A stretch of DNA of 64,000 nucleotides from Candidatus Sumerlaeia bacterium (lineage in GTDB: Bacteria > Sumerlaeota > Sumerlaeia > SLMS01 > JANRJK01), in NCBI GenBank assembly GCA_033764015.1, contig JANRJK010000019.1:32001-96000 (forward strand). Reading direction: 5' to 3'. Below the pieces are notes generated by a model that saw nothing but the letters and a program-made list of their open reading frames with translations, ran no database searches and was not told the DNA's origin. Shown in pieces: positions 60,973-64,000 of this stretch (its first letter is position 1; each line of letters opens with the position of its first letter). A program made the translations under genes and the position numbers.

Positions 60973-61499
60973 CGGGGCGACTTGTCCTGCATTTCCGCGA
61001 TGAAGTTCTGCACGAGGCGCCGCTGGGCGTCGCCGTCGCACTGCTGGCGGACCAGCTTTTCGGTGGCGCCGATGACGATGGCGACCATTTCGTTGCGGAG
61101 CTCGACGCGGGCCTTGTCGGTTTCAATGCGGATCGCCTGCTTGGCGCGTTCGAGCGCGGCTTCGGCGTCGGCCTTCGCCTTGGCCTCGATCTCCGCCGCG
61201 ACGCGGCGGCCCTCGTCCACAGCGGTGTTGATGCGCTGGCGGGCCTCCTCGTCGATCTGCTTCAGGCGTGCCTCGTAGTCGCGGATCTGCCCGTCGAGCT
61301 GCTTATGGCGGGCGTCCAGGTCGTCGAACTGCTTGGAGATCGCGTCGCGGCGCTCGTCGAGGTGCGCGAGGATCGGGCCCCACGCGAACTTCTTCAGGAC
61401 GAAGAGCACCATCAGGAAGGCGATCACGGTCGTGACCACCTGCGCTGTCAGCGTCCCCGCGGCGGCGCCGAGGAGGATGATGGGGGTAGTGCCGGTCAT
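60969..61499 (-). CDS. atpF: ATP synthase subunit b
   Basis: TM followed by KKFAWGPIL...ERR coiled coil. Confidence 0.95.
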   Translation of the reverse strand: MTGTTPIILLGAAAGTLTAQVVTTVIAFLMVLFVLKKFAWGPILAHLDERRDAISKQFDDLDARHKQLDGQIRDYEARLKQIDEEARQRINTAVDEGRRVAAEIEAKAKADAEAALERAKQAIRIETDKARVELRNEMVAIVIGATEKLVRQQCDGDAQRRLVQNFIAEMQDKSPR

Positions 61500-61591
61500 G
61501 GCCAGATTCCTCGTGGTCGGTGTTCAATCCCCCGGCGTGCCGGCCCGAGGCCGGACCGCCGGGGAGTTGCCGAACGGACTGCGGACCCGGA

Positions 61592-61855
61592 TCAGCTCGT
61601 GAGGCTGCCCGTGAGGAAGATCGCGATCAGGGCGTAGATCGCGAGCGCCTCGATGAAGGCGCAGCCGATGATCATGGCCGTCTGGATCTGCGGAATCGCT
61701 TCCGGCTGGCGGCCCATGGACTCCATGGCCGAGCCGACGGCGCGGCCGAGGCCGAACGCGGCGCCGATCGCCGCAAGGCCCAGACCGAGGGGATAGGCGA
61801 AACCAAGCGCCGTCTTGGCGTCGAGCGCCGCCATCATGGTGAGAAGGTCCGTCAC
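61592..61855 (-). CDS. atpE: ATP synthase subunit c (H+-type signature)
   Basis: GLGLAAIG, RQPE loop, FIEALAIY. Confidence 0.97.
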   Translation of the reverse strand: MTDLLTMMAALDAKTALGFAYPLGLGLAAIGAAFGLGRAVGSAMESMGRQPEAIPQIQTAMIIGCAFIEALAIYALIAIFLTGSLTS

Positions 61856-62022
61856 GGTGGGAGACTCCCTGAGGGGGTGCCGGCCACGGGCTTCCGTGCG
61901 CCGGGTCGAGGTGCCGCCGGAGCCAAGGCCCCGGCGCGTTGCAGTCCGATCAAAACCACTCCGTCCAGCTTACCGCTCATCCGGCGACGGAGCCCGCCGG
62001 AAACTTGTCCAACCCGCGCCGG

Positions 62023-63129
62023 CTAGTGCGCCGCCGCGTGCGTCCCGTGACCTTGCCCGTCGTGGCCGTGTCCGTGGTCGTCGTGGTGCTCGTGCGGCAG
62101 CACCAGCAGGATGTAGATCGCCGACAGGATCGTGAACACCAGCGCCTGGATCGCCCCGAGCAGGATCCCAAGGAAGTAGAACGGGAACGTCAGCGGCACG
62201 CCCACGTACTCGCCCAGCGTGTGGCTCACCACCGACATCAGCGTGATGCCCATCCCGAGGAACGCGCCCAGCAGGATGTCCTTGCCCAGCATGTTGCCGA
62301 AGAGGCGCAGCGCAAGCGACACCGGCTTGGAAAGCGTGCCGATCGTCTCGAGAACGAAGAACAGCGGCGCCAGCACCAGCGAAATCGGGTTCGAGAACGA
62401 CGGCTCGCCCGCGAGGTGGTGCAGGTACTTGCCGTAGCCCATCTTGAACGCCGCCGTGTACTGCACGTAGAAGAACGTGCACAGCGCGATCGAGAACGTG
62501 ATCACCAGCGACGCCGTCGGCGGCTTCATCAGCGGCACGAGCCCGAGGAAGTTGCAGACGAAGATGAACACGAAGAGCGTCCCCACGAACGGGAAGTACT
62601 CCTTCGCGTGCTTCTTGCCGAGGATGCCCTCGGTGAACTTGTACATGCCGCCGACGACCATCTCGAGGAAAACCTGTCCGCGGTCCGGGCGGCGCATGGC
62701 GGAGGCCTTCGCGCTGCGGAACTGCTTCCCGAACAGGTGCCCGAGGCCGACCGTCACCGCCGCAGCGATCAGCAGGAACAGGTGCGCGTCCCAAGGGGCG
62801 TAGTTGATGATCGGCATCTTGTGGTCGAGCGGGCCGTAGTAGAGGTTCTCCGCCAGCTTCTCGGTGGCGGTGAACTCCTCGCGCGGCTTGTCCGCCACGT
62901 CCTTCTTCATCGAGTAGACCCAGAGCTGGATGAAGGTGGGCGGCTCGGGCGGATGCTCGACGTGCTTGAAGCCGTGCGTCGGGACGCCGTCGTGGTGCCC
63001 CGCGGCGGCGTCGTGCGCGGCGTCGAGCGCCTCGCCGGCGGCGGCCTCCGCTTGCGCGGCGGCACCCTCCAGCGCAGCGCCCGCCTCGCCGGCGGCCGAC
63101 TCGATCTGGCCCTGCAACGACTCATCCAT
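62023..63129 (-). CDS. atpB: ATP synthase subunit a
   Basis: NFLGLVP, KPVSLALRLFGNM, IQALVFTILSAIY. Confidence 0.97.
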   Translation of the reverse strand: MDESLQGQIESAAGEAGAALEGAAAQAEAAAGEALDAAHDAAAGHHDGVPTHGFKHVEHPPEPPTFIQLWVYSMKKDVADKPREEFTATEKLAENLYYGPLDHKMPIINYAPWDAHLFLLIAAAVTVGLGHLFGKQFRSAKASAMRRPDRGQVFLEMVVGGMYKFTEGILGKKHAKEYFPFVGTLFVFIFVCNFLGLVPLMKPPTASLVITFSIALCTFFYVQYTAAFKMGYGKYLHHLAGEPSFSNPISLVLAPLFFVLETIGTLSKPVSLALRLFGNMLGKDILLGAFLGMGITLMSVVSHTLGEYVGVPLTFPFYFLGILLGAIQALVFTILSAIYILLVLPHEHHDDHGHGHDGQGHGTHAAAH

Positions 63130-63535
63130 GCTGGATCGCGCCTTTCAGGGGAAGCTGTTCGGCGGCCGCGGCGACGGGCGGCGCGGCCTGGGCGGCGCGG
63201 CGGCGGACCATATGCCACAGCGCGAACGCCACGAAATAGAGATGAAGCCCCGCGAGCAGCGCGGTCACGTCCGCGCCGAAGAACATGAACAGGGCGAAGA
63301 GCGCCCCGAAGCTAGCCAGCTTGACCTGCAACGCCAGCAGCAGCGGCACCGTCCGGCGCTCCGAAATCCCGCGCAGCAGCACCGCGCTGGCGTACCAGTT
63401 CACCGTGAACAGCACCGCGCAGGCCGCGAAGTGCGCCGTCCAGACCGCGGCCCCGCCCGCAAGCGCCACCACAGCGATGGCGAGGGCCAGCACCGCGGTG
63501 ATGATGAAGGGCATTTCCTGGTCGCGCCTGAGCAT
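63122..63535 (-). CDS. atpI: AtpI-like membrane protein
   Basis: Four TMs, immediately upstream of atpB; alternative ATG at 63514. Confidence 0.65.
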   Translation of the reverse strand: MLRRDQEMPFIITAVLALAIAVVALAGGAAVWTAHFAACAVLFTVNWYASAVLLRGISERRTVPLLLALQVKLASFGALFALFMFFGADVTALLAGLHLYFVAFALWHMVRRRAAQAAPPVAAAAEQLPLKGAIQHG

Positions 63536-63565
63536 TCCGTGCCTTGGTGTCGTTTCCGCCGCGCG

Positions 63566-63808
63566 CTACCGCCGCGCCGAGCGGGAGTTGAGCCTTTTGA
63601 TAATCGCTGCGCTTTCGCGGATTCCCGCCGCAAGCCCCAGTATCAGGCCCACGAACCGGAGGCCTTCCCACCCGACCGCGTCGCCGATCCAGGCGCCCAG
63701 GAAATACCCCACGATGGGGCTGGAGGCCATGGTGATCGGGAGCATCAAGGCGAGCGCCCCGCTACCCACCGTCTGGCCGGATCGCTCGATCGGATCGTCG
63801 TCCGCCAT
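63566..63808 (-). CDS. AtpZ/AtpI-family small membrane protein
   Basis: GYFLGAWIGD...GLILGLAAG pattern; first gene of the atp operon. Confidence 0.75.
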   Translation of the reverse strand: MADDDPIERSGQTVGSGALALMLPITMASSPIVGYFLGAWIGDAVGWEGLRFVGLILGLAAGIRESAAIIKRLNSRSARR

Positions 63809-63931
63809 GCGGCTGCCTTCCGCCGCGCGCTCCGGAAGCGGAGGGGGCGCGGCCAAGGCCGTGACGCTACGGGGGCGGCGACGGACGGGCACAAGCGCAA
63901 AGGGCCCTTTGTGCCGCATTTCACAAACGAT

Positions 63932-63964
63932 AAAAATGGGGGCCTTTCGCGAAGAAAGGCCCCC
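63932..63964 (-). terminator. Intrinsic terminator of the gene upstream of the atp operon
   Basis: 11-bp stem GGGGGCCTTTC/GAAAGGCCCCC followed by ATTTTT on the minus strand. Confidence 0.8.
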
Positions 63965-64000
63965 GGATCCCTGCCGCGCCGGGCCTCCGCTACTGCAGTT

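Noticed and set aside
61592..61855. Na+-translocating ATP synthase
   Set aside because: Subunit c has E-A-L and lacks the Gln and E-S/T Na+ signature

Overview
High-GC bacterial chromosomal window, mostly housekeeping genes interleaved with lineage-specific genes. The pilin N-terminus style, kinase/beta-propeller proteins and TPR proteins resemble PVC-related or Candidatus Sumerlaeota genomes (inference only). It contains a rearranged ribosomal cluster (trnW-secE-nusG-rplKAJL facing rpsL-rpsG, with no rpoBC, fusA or tuf) and L1 and L10 leader elements. Other housekeeping genes are feoAAB, dtd, pth, pilT, a Bacillus-type sdhCAB, HU/IHF and a full F-type ATP synthase operon, which is interrupted between atpG and atpD by hicB-hicA and a methyltransferase. 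Accessory content includes a ~2770-aa secreted enzyme with two apparent alpha-glucan catalytic domains (GH119-like and GH57-like), two membrane Ser/Thr kinases (one ending in a CBM20-like domain), a modular S8 protease, an orphan CARF-HEPN (TIGR02710-like) gene with no CRISPR array, and an ECF sigma/anti-sigma pair. The tRNA-Trp(CCA) has only a 4-bp anticodon stem (C27.U43 mismatch). No transposase, integrase or CRISPR array was seen. All calls are by eye from motifs; no searches were run.
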